Virus record (IMG/VR): IMGVR_UViG_3300032136_000002
Coordinates: 1-64,000 of that record
DNA: 64,000 nucleotides
Reading direction: 5' to 3' (one strand)
From: a virus
The stretch's first letter is position 1. Each line of letters starts with the position of its first letter. A program made the translations under genes and the position numbers. Below the pieces are notes generated by a model that was given only the letters and a program-made list of their open reading frames with translations, did not search any database and had not been told where the DNA came from. Positions 1-8,836 of this stretch are shown one piece after another.

Positions 1-1
1 G

Positions 2-154
2 CCGGTTGACCTCAGCATCGTAGAAGCAGAACGTGTAGCTCACTCTTACCGGCCGGTCAGGATGACCGTCCTTCTCTTTCGTCACGCGCACTGAGGGGAC
101 GCGTCTCCCGTCTGTCCACGGATCACTTATGGTGATCAGATGTTCCCACTCCAT
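2..154 (-). CDS. hypothetical protein, 5' part only (runs off window edge; MEWEHLITISDPW...)
   Basis: ATG at 154 reads open to the window edge. Its probable original RBS (AAGGAG) now lies on the far side of the 155-423 insertion. Confidence 0.55.
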   Translation of the reverse strand, partial: MEWEHLITISDPWTDGRRVPSVRVTKEKDGHPDRPVRVSYTFCFYDAEVNR

Positions 155-423
155 CTAATTTTGCGCGCTGGAGACCCCCGGCTTTAGCCGGGGGAGGAAA
201 GCGCGCCCTCCTTTTGGGTTGTAAAGCGCTTCGCTCGTGATAGAACGCTGCTGGGGGCCGGGCGGGCCCCAGCAGCACGCGGAGAGACGGTAAGACATCG
301 GCGAGGCTTCCCCTCGACGCTGCGCGTCGAGGGGAAACGTGAACCATCTTGATAGGTTGTGACTAATAACCAAAGTTGCTTCCTTTCAAGAATCCCTCGC
401 CTTTAGGCGAGGGAGGACGTCAA
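155..423 (+). mobile_element. non-autonomous IS200/IS605-family element (269 bp, PATE/MITE-like) carrying a TnpB omegaRNA-like scaffold, copy 1
   Basis: Left end GAGA+hairpin CCCCCGGCTTTAGCCGGGGG; right end GAAT+hairpin CCCTCGCCTTTAGGCGAGGG...TCAA; no TSD; preceded by CCAT; near-identical to 13127-13395 and 56930-57198. Confidence 0.9.
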
Positions 424-570
424 ATAGCACCAACTCCTTGACTGCATGGATGAATGCGTTACGCTCACCTGCGCACATCACCCATGTAACCTCCACTTTG
501 ACTTCAGGGGCCCTGATACTGGGGGGCATCAGAGCCCCTCTTTCCTACTCCAATCAAGACCCGAAACGGT

Positions 571-1176
571 CTACTCTGGTACGCCATCTGGTATGCGACG
601 AACGCCGTCAATGCCGACGATAGTCATCGGGCTCGGCCACCGCATCAGGTCTTCTATTTCGGCGATAATCTTGTCCTTGGCCCGGAAGGCCGAGGGGTCG
701 GTTGCCATGACCCTGAGCGTCACCGTAAAATGGTGAACTCGCTCCTCTAAGCTGGCGGGTTTAGCCGCCAAGGGCGGGAGCTGTAACTGAACCCCCTCCA
801 TGTACTCTGGGAACCGGTTGATGAGTTGCTGCTGCAATGGGTCATTCTGCAGCACCACCCACCTCACGATGTCGTCGATGACCGAGTCCTGTCCGTCAAG
901 CAAGCCCATCGGTATCCAGTCAATCAGCCGGTGGACGTACCAGCCGGCCGGTCCAAGAGAGGGTCCGAGTGAGTGCGGCCGGAAGGAACCTATCTCCTGC
1001 TCCCCGTAGCAATCGGGTAAATCGTTAACTCGGAGCTTGATCCCCTCGTATAGCACAAAATCCTGTTTCCTCACTTTCACCCCCAACGCTCCCGTCCTCC
1101 AAAGTTGATGCGCCCCCGCTTCTATCTCCTTCACCAAACTCGGCGCACGTACCTGCTTCCACAGGGTCTTGCACAC
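571..1176 (-). CDS. hypothetical protein (true start uncertain, probably downstream)
   Basis: ORF co-oriented with neighbours; 5' part overlaps 1025-1930. Confidence 0.4.
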   Translation of the reverse strand: MCKTLWKQVRAPSLVKEIEAGAHQLWRTGALGVKVRKQDFVLYEGIKLRVNDLPDCYGEQEIGSFRPHSLGPSLGPAGWYVHRLIDWIPMGLLDGQDSVIDDIVRWVVLQNDPLQQQLINRFPEYMEGVQLQLPPLAAKPASLEERVHHFTVTLRVMATDPSAFRAKDKIIAEIEDLMRWPSPMTIVGIDGVRRIPDGVPE

Positions 1177-1930
1177 CCTCCACCTCCGTATCCATCCGAT
1201 CCGTCACATAGAGCCGGAGCTGCTCAAACACTTTGTCTACCGTCACACTGGCAACCTCGCGCTCACCGGGGCTCATGAACTCTATCTCTTCCGGCTCGTA
1301 GTACAATTTCAGCGCGGCGTCGTATGCTTCCACCCGCGCTTCCCCTTGCAATCTTCGTCTGTGGTCGAAGTTCAGAAAATGCATCGAGAATAGGCTGTGC
1401 TCGAGGGGCGTCGAAGGCCAGTAGCTGGGCGTGCTCTGTTGAGCAACCCAGAAATCGACTCCCATCTCACTGTTCCCCTCCTCTCTCAGTTTGTCAGCCA
1501 GCTTCCACACGGCCTGGCGCTGCATGAGGACCTCTTCCCCATCCTCGCCACACCAATTGAATATTGTGACGTCGCCCGACCAGAACGCGATGCGGAGCTG
1601 GTGCATCGCCTGGTTGAGCTCAATCCCACGCTGAGCGTAGAGCATCGCAATACGGCAGAGGTACGATACGCACACCGCCGGCCGCTGCTTATCGTAGACG
1701 GCACAGAGCACACCCCCCAGCGTCCGCCCCTTCAGATGCATGCAGGGGAACCTGATGCGCAGCTTCCCCTTTTCTACATTCTCGTCGGGCCGAGCAAACC
1801 GATCAGGGTTCCCGGGGTTCGCCGCCTCTGCCTCCTCAGGGGTGCAGGAAGCGTTCAAGATGGCACAGCAGAGCCCGCACCTGACGCACAGCTCACTTGT
1901 CGAACGCAACGAATCGTCGTGGTAGAACAT
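1025..1930 (-). CDS. YkgJ-like CxxCxxCC Fe-S/Zn-cluster protein
   Basis: CVRCGLCC...PCMHL...CAVYDKQRPAVCVSYLC motif pattern; RBS AAGGAGG. Confidence 0.7.
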   Translation of the reverse strand: MFYHDDSLRSTSELCVRCGLCCAILNASCTPEEAEAANPGNPDRFARPDENVEKGKLRIRFPCMHLKGRTLGGVLCAVYDKQRPAVCVSYLCRIAMLYAQRGIELNQAMHQLRIAFWSGDVTIFNWCGEDGEEVLMQRQAVWKLADKLREEGNSEMGVDFWVAQQSTPSYWPSTPLEHSLFSMHFLNFDHRRRLQGEARVEAYDAALKLYYEPEEIEFMSPGEREVASVTVDKVFEQLRLYVTDRMDTEVEGVQDPVEAGTCAEFGEGDRSGGASTLEDGSVGGESEETGFCAIRGDQAPS

Positions 1931-1995
1931 GCGCCCTCCCTTGTATCGCCCCCCTCAAGGCAGGCCAACCCACCCGGGCCATGCCCTTGAATCTG

Positions 1996-2835
1996 TTACC
2001 GGCCCTGTCGAGTTTGACGCTTGAGCCACTCATGGCCTTTGTCCGTGATCTGCAACCCAGCTTTAACCCGTCCTGTGAAAGGGTCCTCGATGCTACACCG
2101 CTCAATCAGCTCGTGCTTGAGCAGCGGCCGAGCAGCGTTGCGCACTGTGCGGACGGTCTTGACCTGAATACCCGAGGTCTCCGTAACCACCTCCCCCTTC
2201 TTGACGCCAAAGACGCGGGTCACCAAATCGGGATACGTCAACCCGCCTTTAGGACATGACGACAGAGCGCGGAGGACTCCAGCCACGTCGGAGTTGAGCG
2301 AGGGGTAATCAGGAGAGGCAGACTGTTTCACCACCGGCTTCTTGGAGGCCTTGGGTTTCGGAGCGGCCTTAGGCTCAGCCTTGGCCTTAGGTTTGGCCTT
2401 CGTTTTGGGCGGGGCTTTAGGCTCAGCCGGCGTGACGAACTTGTCCTCCATAGCCTTGGCCGCCTGCGCTGCCCGCCTCTTCGCCATCTCAAGCGGGTCC
2501 AGGTCCTCTACCTCACCCATCGCAGGGGGAGCCGGGCTCTCAGCTTGTACGGGCTGAGGCGTGGCCTTGGGCTTTGGGATAGGTTGGGGTGCTTCCGCCT
2601 TCTTCGGCGGCTCAGGAGCGGGCTCAGGGGCCTTCATGCCGCCCGACCGGTCAATGCGCCGCGGCGGCGCCTTTTCCTCCTTCCCGTTGCTCTTGGCCAA
2701 GCGGAGCTTACTCAAGCACGAGTCAATCATCACCCTCGGCGTGAACACCTCTTCAATAGGCTCAAGCGAGTCACTCACCCCGCGGAGCTCCGCGTTCCTC
2801 GCTCGAATCGCGTTCAGTCTCTTCATCCCGTCCAT
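1996..2835 (-). CDS. Pro/Ala/Lys-rich protein with possible C-terminal winged-helix DNA-binding domain
   Basis: Histone-like PKAKAKP linker; C-terminal ...LQITDKGHEWL is typical of a wHTH wing; RBS AAGGAG. Confidence 0.6.
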   Translation of the reverse strand: MDGMKRLNAIRARNAELRGVSDSLEPIEEVFTPRVMIDSCLSKLRLAKSNGKEEKAPPRRIDRSGGMKAPEPAPEPPKKAEAPQPIPKPKATPQPVQAESPAPPAMGEVEDLDPLEMAKRRAAQAAKAMEDKFVTPAEPKAPPKTKAKPKAKAEPKAAPKPKASKKPVVKQSASPDYPSLNSDVAGVLRALSSCPKGGLTYPDLVTRVFGVKKGEVVTETSGIQVKTVRTVRNAARPLLKHELIERCSIEDPFTGRVKAGLQITDKGHEWLKRQTRQGR

Positions 2836-3097
2836 TTGTTACTCCTTGAAGCGGCGGGTGTGGCCAGAACGCGCCGCCCTCGAGCTCGAGTACGACACCT
2901 CGTTCACCCACCACGTGAAAAAACCATCCCCCACACAAAGGGCATTTCATCTCCTGACCCTGTTGAGGGGCAGGAATCGACGAGCTCACGGGCACCATGT
3001 CCTCGGCCAGGACATCAGCCCCGCTAAAATCACGGCCCACAGCAAGGCAGTCATAGAGCGGCTGCCTACACTGGACGCAGATAATTCGAGCGGTCAC
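2771..3097 (-). CDS. small Zn-ribbon protein
   Basis: GTG start after AGGAGG; CVQC and CPLC pairs. Confidence 0.55.
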   Translation of the reverse strand: MTARIICVQCRQPLYDCLAVGRDFSGADVLAEDMVPVSSSIPAPQQGQEMKCPLCGGWFFHVVGERGVVLELEGGAFWPHPPLQGVTNGRDEETERDSSEERGAPRGE

Positions 3098-3206
3098 CGT
3101 TATCCTCCTTGTACCCTCTTCGCGGCCATTTTTACCCCCTTTCCCCAGGCTGCATATTGGGGTAACGTGGATCACGGATCAACTAGAATGGAGGGATTTT
3201 CCCCAC

Positions 3207-3431
3207 ATGAAGATGCGTGAACGCGTTCGTGCGTGCGGCACTCAAATCCAGATTACTGTCTTGCAAGGCCCCCCGAGGCACGCCTGGGTGGTCACAATGC
3301 ATGAGGCTCACGACCTGGTCGATAGCCTCTGCGATGCGATTGAGGAGGCGCAAGGCAACGCCAAGGTGCCAAGCCACCCTTTCGCCCCCAAGCGAGGTAA
3401 GAAGAGCCGGCCGCTGTCCCGCGGCAACTGA
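3207..3431 (+). CDS. hypothetical protein
   Basis: ORF after GGAGG, starting a small plus-strand cluster. Confidence 0.4.
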   Translation: MKMRERVRACGTQIQITVLQGPPRHAWVVTMHEAHDLVDSLCDAIEEAQGNAKVPSHPFAPKRGKKSRPLSRGN

Positions 3432-3453
3432 ACCCCAACCACGGATACCAACG

Positions 3454-3780
3454 ATGAACCACGAGCTCACGCTCCGCGTATCAGACCCACAGCTGGCCCT
3501 CCTTCAGCAAGAGGCCCGGCGCATGAGTGCCCAACACGGGCGAGAAGTGACCCCCGCCGAAGTGTGCCGCGCCCTCATCGACCTTCACCGCTACCGAGTG
3601 AGGCAGGTGGGCAATGCAGACCCGCGGACACTGATGTGGCTCTACCAGGAAGGACCATTTAATGCCCGACGAACTGAACTGGGACCCCAAAGCAGTCGTG
3701 GACGAGATGACCCCTACCGCCTTCCCCCCGCAAGAGGAAGCTCCCCTCCCAGCAGTAACCCACCCCGAGGGCTCGATTGA
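3454..3780 (+). CDS. ribbon-helix-helix-like DNA-binding protein
   Basis: MNHELTLRVSDPQLALLQQEARR...TPAEVCRALID shows a strand-helix-helix pattern. Confidence 0.5.
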   Translation: MNHELTLRVSDPQLALLQQEARRMSAQHGREVTPAEVCRALIDLHRYRVRQVGNADPRTLMWLYQEGPFNARRTELGPQSSRGRDDPYRLPPARGSSPPSSNPPRGLD

Positions 3781-3958
3781 AGCCCGCTTTGGGATAACGC
3801 CCAGGGCAGCGGCCACAGTGGCCTTGGGGGTGTGCTCGCTTTACACGGCGCCTGAGATTGACCAGCTCGAACTGGCGGCTCGGGGCATCTATGTGGACGA
3901 GAACGAACTGTTTGACCTCATCCACCGCTACTACGCCAGCCCCGTAAAGCGCCCTTAA
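3662..3958 (+). CDS. hypothetical acidic protein
   Basis: RBS AGGAAGGA; followed by a hairpin. Confidence 0.5.
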   Translation: MPDELNWDPKAVVDEMTPTAFPPQEEAPLPAVTHPEGSIEARFGITPRAAATVALGVCSLYTAPEIDQLELAARGIYVDENELFDLIHRYYASPVKRP

Positions 3959-3959
3959 A

Positions 3960-3999
3960 GCAGGAACCCCAGAGCTGACGGTGTGCTCTGGGGGCCTGC
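3960..3999. terminator. stem-loop after the 3662-3958 gene
   Basis: GCAGG..CCCCAGAGC...GCTCTGGGG..CCTGC inverted repeat. Confidence 0.4.
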
Positions 4000-4122
4000 C
4001 TACGGATCAAGTAGATGGAGTACCTCTTGGACCAGCTCTCCAGGAGGTTATCCAAATGTAGCAGAGGCGCTCACCGGCGCAACACGAACTAGGAGCGCAG
4101 ATCCGGTTTTCAACTAATTTTC

Positions 4123-4290
4123 AGGCAGCAGACTGGACTTAGTTGACATCCTCCCCGGCATAAACGCCGGGGATTCCTAAGCGGCCTTTGCCGCTCGGGA
4201 GCGTCTCTTGCGAGCTGCTCGCGGTTTCTGCTTCGCTGAGGGCCCCAATGAGCCCTCTCCACAGACTGACAGGGTCTGCCCGACCCTCAA
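4123..4290 (-). ncRNA. TnpB omegaRNA (reRNA) with right end at 4143 and guide CTAAGTCCAGTCTGCTGCCT
   Basis: Scaffold overlaps the tnpB 3' end (GGGTCGGGCAGACCC...GTGGAGAG...GAAGCAGAAACC) and ends GAAT-CCCCGGCGTTTATGCCGGGG-AGGATGTCAA. Confidence 0.75.
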
Positions 4291-5406
4291 GATATTCTTA
4301 GCAGCGTTGATGTCCGCATCATCCTCGTGGCCGCAGGCCACGCAGACAAAACGTGCTTGTGTACGACGACTCTCAGAGCTGACGTGCGCGCATCGTGCGC
4401 ACGTCTGACTGGTGTACTTCGGCGGTACAGCTACAACCTTCCCACCTCGCCATTGCCCCTTGTAGGTGAGCTGGCGGCGAAATTCAAACCACCCCTGGTC
4501 GAGAATAGCTTTGTTCAAGCCTGCTTTGCTGCGGACGTTTTTCCCCGGCTCTTCCGTGGTCCCACGTGCCGATGCGCTCATGTTTTTAACTTTCAAATCC
4601 TCAACATACACCACCGCGTGGCTTTTGCTGATGGCCGTCGAGGTTTTGTGCAGAAAGTCGTTTCGAGCGTCGGCAATGCGGATGTGCAGCCGAGAAACGA
4701 CTGCTTTCTGTTTTTTCCAGTTGCTGGAAAATCTCTTCTTCCGTGACAGGGCACGTTGCGCGGTGCCCATTTGCTTCTCCAAACGTCGGAAGCTATCTAT
4801 GGGCTGAACAAGCTCGCCGGTCGACAGGGCGGCGAACTTCGCCACCCCCATGTCGATGCCGACCTCGGACGAACTTGGATGAATGGAGTCTGCTACCTCT
4901 CGCTCGGTCTGCACCGAGATGAACCAGTGGGCACCACGGCGCTTGACGGTAACGTTTTTGATGGTTCCTTCGATTTCTCGGCTCTTACGGAACCGTACCC
5001 AGCCAAGCGCTGGCAGCTTGATTCGACGACCATTGACCCCGATGCTGTCGTTCGCCTGCGAAAAACGGAAGCTATCGAACGACCGGCCCTTCTTCTTGAA
5101 GCGAGGAAAACCTTTTCTTTTCAAGAAGAAGTCGCTGAAGGCCTTGCCCAAATCCTTAAGAACCTGTTGCTGTGGCCTACTGTGAACCTCGGAGAGAAAC
5201 GAAAGCTCTGGGTCGTTTCGGGCTACAGTGAGTTCGCGACAAAGCTCTGCATAGTTCAGTGTTTTTGAGTGCTTACTTAGACGATGCTTCTGCAGGGCAA
5301 GAGCTGAATTCCAAATAAAGCGTATAGCTCCCGCCGTGCGCTCCAAAATCACACGCTGCCCTTCGGTAGGCTCGATTCTGAACTTGTAGCCTTGACGCCG
5401 CAGCAT
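4177..5406 (-). CDS. tnpB: IS200/IS605-family RNA-guided endonuclease TnpB (409 aa)
   Basis: N-terminal GYKFRIEPT HTH_OrfB; RuvC residues GIDMG, VEDL and DADINAA intact; C4 Zn finger CARC/CVAC; no tnpA in the window. Confidence 0.95.
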   Translation of the reverse strand: MLRRQGYKFRIEPTEGQRVILERTAGAIRFIWNSALALQKHRLSKHSKTLNYAELCRELTVARNDPELSFLSEVHSRPQQQVLKDLGKAFSDFFLKRKGFPRFKKKGRSFDSFRFSQANDSIGVNGRRIKLPALGWVRFRKSREIEGTIKNVTVKRRGAHWFISVQTEREVADSIHPSSSEVGIDMGVAKFAALSTGELVQPIDSFRRLEKQMGTAQRALSRKKRFSSNWKKQKAVVSRLHIRIADARNDFLHKTSTAISKSHAVVYVEDLKVKNMSASARGTTEEPGKNVRSKAGLNKAILDQGWFEFRRQLTYKGQWRGGKVVAVPPKYTSQTCARCAHVSSESRRTQARFVCVACGHEDDADINAAKNILRVGQTLSVCGEGSLGPSAKQKPRAARKRRSRAAKAA

Positions 5407-5876
5407 CGCGCTCGTGTAGCACCGGTGTGCGCTCCCAACAAGCAGAAAAGCTACTTCACCTAACTCCCGCTGAACCCTAGGGGCGCACCTACCCCCGTGT
5501 AAACCACTGAGACCACTCAAAGCGCAGGATCTTGTTTCAGCCCCCGCGTAACTTTGATACAACGCCCGTTCACGTAATCCGTTGGTGAAACAAGATGAAG
5601 CGCAGACAACACAGGGGAGGGAGCAGCCAACACGCTTAAAAGACGAAAGCCATCAGCCCGGCAGAACTGATGGCTCCTAAGTCTGTCTATTGACCTAACC
5701 AGTCAAGGCGAGTCCTACCGCGAGTCGTCCCGGAGGTCAATAGGTAAAGAGTGCAGAGCTGCCTCTTATTGAGGCACTATGTATACATCTCCGCACATTC
5801 AATCGTCTTTTTATTGCGTCACCTGCCGAGTGAACGTTGTCGCTCCCCCTGTTCTGACTGCGCAGGGAGCAACGAA

Positions 5877-6764
5877 GTGCCACGAGCCAAGAGAAACCGC
5901 GACGGCAAGCGAGAGTTCAAGTACGCCGACACCTTCGACCTGCACCCGGCCCTCATGCCGGTACAGGACCCCAGCCTGCCAAGAGGTGAGCGTCGACGCG
6001 CACAGCGCGCTCTGGGGTTCCACAACTACATCAAGCGGACCAAGGGGGTAAGGAGGTTCCTGCCCTTGGAGGCCATCCTCACCAAGCTCAGCGGGCTTGA
6101 GATGGCCATCCTGCTCTTCATCTGCCACGTTTCAATCTACCGCGACCAGCGGTTTCACGGCGTTTGCGTGTCCATCCGCGACATTGTGGGCTACGTGAAG
6201 GACTGTAAATCCATTGGAAAGGTGCATGACGCTGTCACCCGGCTAATCGCCCTCAACCTTCTCGTCGTCCTCGAGAGGAATAAAGGGGGGCGGGCTCGAG
6301 TCCTGATGCCCAACCCCGGTGGAGGGGCGTGGACTCCCCCTCCTTTGTGTTCTGAGCAGAAACCACACGGGAATTCGTGTTCCAGCCAGGCCAGAACAGA
6401 AAGGACAGGGGATGACTCCGTAGTGTTCCAGCCAGACGGAACAGAAGGGGACCCCTCTCCTATTAAAAGAAAGAGCTCTGAAGAAAAGAAAGACCCTCCG
6501 CCCCCGGCCCAAAAGGGCCGGGGCGGGGCGGAGGAAGCGCCACCTGTTGAGGACACCGTCCCCATCGAGGAAATCTTTGCTGCAGCAAAAAACTTCTGTA
6601 AGCCGCCGGTTACTCAGAAGAACGAGCAAACTCAACGTCCTGTGTACAGGCAGGGGCTAGGTAGCGACTTCGCCGCCCGCTGCGCGGCAGCTCAGCACGA
6701 CCCGGCGGTACTCGCCGCTCAGCGCCGCTTGGAGGAAGCGCAGCGGGCAAGGGGGGTGCACTAG
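5877..6764 (+). CDS. putative HTH replication-initiator-like protein
   Basis: LSGLEMAILLFI...VSIRDIV...SIGKVHDAVTRLIALNLL wHTH followed by a low-complexity linker, as in phage/plasmid Rep proteins. Confidence 0.5.
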   Translation: MPRAKRNRDGKREFKYADTFDLHPALMPVQDPSLPRGERRRAQRALGFHNYIKRTKGVRRFLPLEAILTKLSGLEMAILLFICHVSIYRDQRFHGVCVSIRDIVGYVKDCKSIGKVHDAVTRLIALNLLVVLERNKGGRARVLMPNPGGGAWTPPPLCSEQKPHGNSCSSQARTERTGDDSVVFQPDGTEGDPSPIKRKSSEEKKDPPPPAQKGRGGAEEAPPVEDTVPIEEIFAAAKNFCKPPVTQKNEQTQRPVYRQGLGSDFAARCAAAQHDPAVLAAQRRLEEAQRARGVH

Positions 6765-6932
6765 GGTAACGACTGAGCACAGCTGACACAGGGGATAGAG
6801 GAGCTGGCCGGCGACCTCAATGGTGAAGTGCGCCTTGTCAACCCCTCACCCTGTTCGGGACCAAAACGACACGAACACGGCTAGGGGCGTGTGGGAACTG
6901 CGGTGAACTGATTGAGATGTCGACCAGCTAAG

Positions 6933-6963
6933 AAGAAGGGGCGCCTGCAGCACGTCCCTTCTC
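6933..6963 (-). terminator. intrinsic terminator-like hairpin between convergent genes
   Basis: AGAAGGGGCG...CGTCCCTTCT inverted repeat. Confidence 0.45.
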
Positions 6964-6970
6964 CCTGAAA

Positions 6971-7246
6971 TCACAAGCACCTCCGCACAGCGTCGATCAC
7001 ATCCTGCGAGAGGACTCCATTTCTCTCGGCCGATGACAGGGCCAAGAGGAAGTCCTCTCGCGATGCCGCATAAGTCAACTCCATCGCCACGTCAATAGCG
7101 ATGAGCCTGTACGTCTCTGATTGAGGTTTCGGTTGCACACACCACCCCAACGCACGACCGAGAGGAGCCCCAACACGGATGGCCTCCTCCAGCGCATCAC
7201 GGGACGCGCTGTCAGTCACGCATTTCAGAATTTCGGAGATAGTCAT
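6971..7246 (-). CDS. hypothetical protein
   Basis: ORF coupled to 7256-7690; RBS AGGGGG. Confidence 0.6.
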   Translation of the reverse strand: MTISEILKCVTDSASRDALEEAIRVGAPLGRALGWCVQPKPQSETYRLIAIDVAMELTYAASREDFLLALSSAERNGVLSQDVIDAVRRCL

Positions 7247-7255
7247 GTCATCCCC

Positions 7256-7690
7256 CTACAGCTTGACCACGTTGAAATCGCCTTTGGCCCTCGCCTCTGT
7301 TATTTGTTGCGCGAACTTCTCTAGCCCGGTGGGCTTTTCCTCTTCGGGAACCCACTGCCAGTTCTCTTCCGCAGCAGCATCGGCATCGTAGTCCACACGG
7401 ACTACTGAAGCGCTCCCAAGGGAACGGCTCTGGAAGTACAGCGCGACGAGCATGGCCCACGGGGCGGCCAAAGGATTGAGGAAGGCGAACGCTGTGGCCA
7501 GTGTCGAGATGAACATGCTGGTCTCCGCGTCTTTGATGCGCTGACCGGCCTTTTCCAAGTCGTGTGAGGTTTCGATGTCGTACAGCATCCGCCCAAGAGC
7601 GGCCTTCTGGTTCTCAGTGAGAGCAGTCTGAGCAGCCTTACCGAAACGGGCACGGATGAGAGCGTTGCGGGCGATGTTCATGATGGACAT
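7256..7690 (-). CDS. hypothetical membrane protein
   Basis: Strong RBS AAAGGAGG; hydrophobic segment FISTLATAFAFLNPLAAPWAMLVALYF. Confidence 0.7.
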   Translation of the reverse strand: MSIMNIARNALIRARFGKAAQTALTENQKAALGRMLYDIETSHDLEKAGQRIKDAETSMFISTLATAFAFLNPLAAPWAMLVALYFQSRSLGSASVVRVDYDADAAAEENWQWVPEEEKPTGLEKFAQQITEARAKGDFNVVKL

Positions 7691-7770
7691 AGGTCCTCCT
7701 TTCCCCCAGCTATATGGGGGGTGGGCAAAAAGGTTACGATATCCTTATACCCTTAGAATCTATGGATTTT
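7691..7770 (-). promoter_or_regulatory. phage-specific promoter/leader (GGTATAAGgATATcGTAACC + C-rich/G-rich hairpin + RBS)
   Basis: Closely similar to 28215-28297. Confidence 0.6.
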
Positions 7771-7781
7771 CAGTTGAGGAG

Positions 7782-8117
7782 CTACATCTGACGAGAGACA
7801 CGGAAGTGGGCAGGGCCGGACATCCCATGTTGGTATGGACGGCTCTGAATCTCCTTGTGGCGCTTGGCCATAGCGCCGACGCCTTTGACGGCGCCTATGC
7901 CCGTGCCGATGGCACCGGCGGCCATGAGACCCTTGCCCACCAGGCCGAGAGCCTCTTTCTCGATGGGCACCACACGACCTACCCCTTGGGGTTGCTCGGC
8001 GGCGAGCTTCTGAGCGAGGGACCGACCCATCTGGTCAGCAGCTGAGAACTGGAGAGCCTGGGCCGCCCAGTTCTCAGCTACCTCGTGAGCCAGCTTCTGG
8101 ATCAACTCCGGAAGCAT
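7782..8117 (-). CDS. small K-x-A motif virion/internal protein
   Basis: QKLA, QKLA and EKEA motifs followed by a Gly/Ala-rich helix; coupled to the tube gene. Confidence 0.6.
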   Translation of the reverse strand: MLPELIQKLAHEVAENWAAQALQFSAADQMGRSLAQKLAAEQPQGVGRVVPIEKEALGLVGKGLMAAGAIGTGIGAVKGVGAMAKRHKEIQSRPYQHGMSGPAHFRVSRQM

Positions 8118-8821
8118 TAGGCCGCCTGCTCGAAGCCACTGATGAGGCCGATGTTGCTCACGTTGACCGGACGCAGCCGCTCGTACTGCATGGCCACGTT
8201 CTCCTGAACCAACGTGCCCTGGGCGTCAGTGGCCCAGGTGTGGTTCGGGATGACCACCGACTCGATGTAGACCGCGCCCAACGTGTCCAGGTTGGAGTCG
8301 CGGATGTACATCATGAGCCCGATGGGCTGGTTGAACATGTCGCTCGCCAGGTTGATGAACAAGTTGTCGTAACCTGGCGGAATGCGTACATCATGCGGGT
8401 TGGCCACCTGAGTCGAGCCCGGGTTCTGCCACACGGCCGGCACCTGCACTGGCAGGACGAGGTCCTGGTAGTAGGCGTAGAGGCAGCGGAGCAGCGAGGG
8501 CCCGTGGTAGTGAATGCGGGAGAGGCCCAGCTGACCCACGGTGCGGGCGCCGATGAAGTAGCTCCGCTCCGAGCCCAGCTCCCAGACCCGCATGAAGTTC
8601 TTGTTCTGGTTGACGTTCACATTCTGAAGCGCCCCGATAGGCCAGACGATGTCCGTCTCCCCCGAGGTCAACTGCCCCTCAAGAGCGGCGGCTCCGCCGA
8701 GCTCGGCCAGCCGAGGCGGGCCGGCAGCGATGAGCGTGAGCCCACCGCTGACAAACCTCCCGTCCACCATTCCACCCTGGACGTAGGAGGTATAAGGATT
8801 CCACTGGGCAAAGCTTCCCAT
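8117..8821 (-). CDS. putative tail tube protein
   Basis: Directly downstream of the sheath; beta-rich; IGALQNVNVNQ...RVWELGS pattern seen in myophage tubes. Confidence 0.65.
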   Translation of the reverse strand: MGSFAQWNPYTSYVQGGMVDGRFVSGGLTLIAAGPPRLAELGGAAALEGQLTSGETDIVWPIGALQNVNVNQNKNFMRVWELGSERSYFIGARTVGQLGLSRIHYHGPSLLRCLYAYYQDLVLPVQVPAVWQNPGSTQVANPHDVRIPPGYDNLFINLASDMFNQPIGLMMYIRDSNLDTLGAVYIESVVIPNHTWATDAQGTLVQENVAMQYERLRPVNVSNIGLISGFEQAA

Positions 8822-8836
8822 TACTTAGCTCCTTCC

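Noticed and set aside
155-423. Self-splicing intron (IStron) interpretation of the 269-bp elements
   Set aside because: No group I or II core motifs recognised; the length is accounted for by the IS ends plus the omegaRNA, which is antisense to the mRNA.
5407-5562. N-terminal extension of TnpB in the ORF track
   Set aside because: TnpB homology begins at MLRRQGYKF (ATG 5406).
5677-5690. Self-target for the tnpB guide (CTAAGTC)
   Set aside because: Only 7 contiguous matches; compatible with chance.
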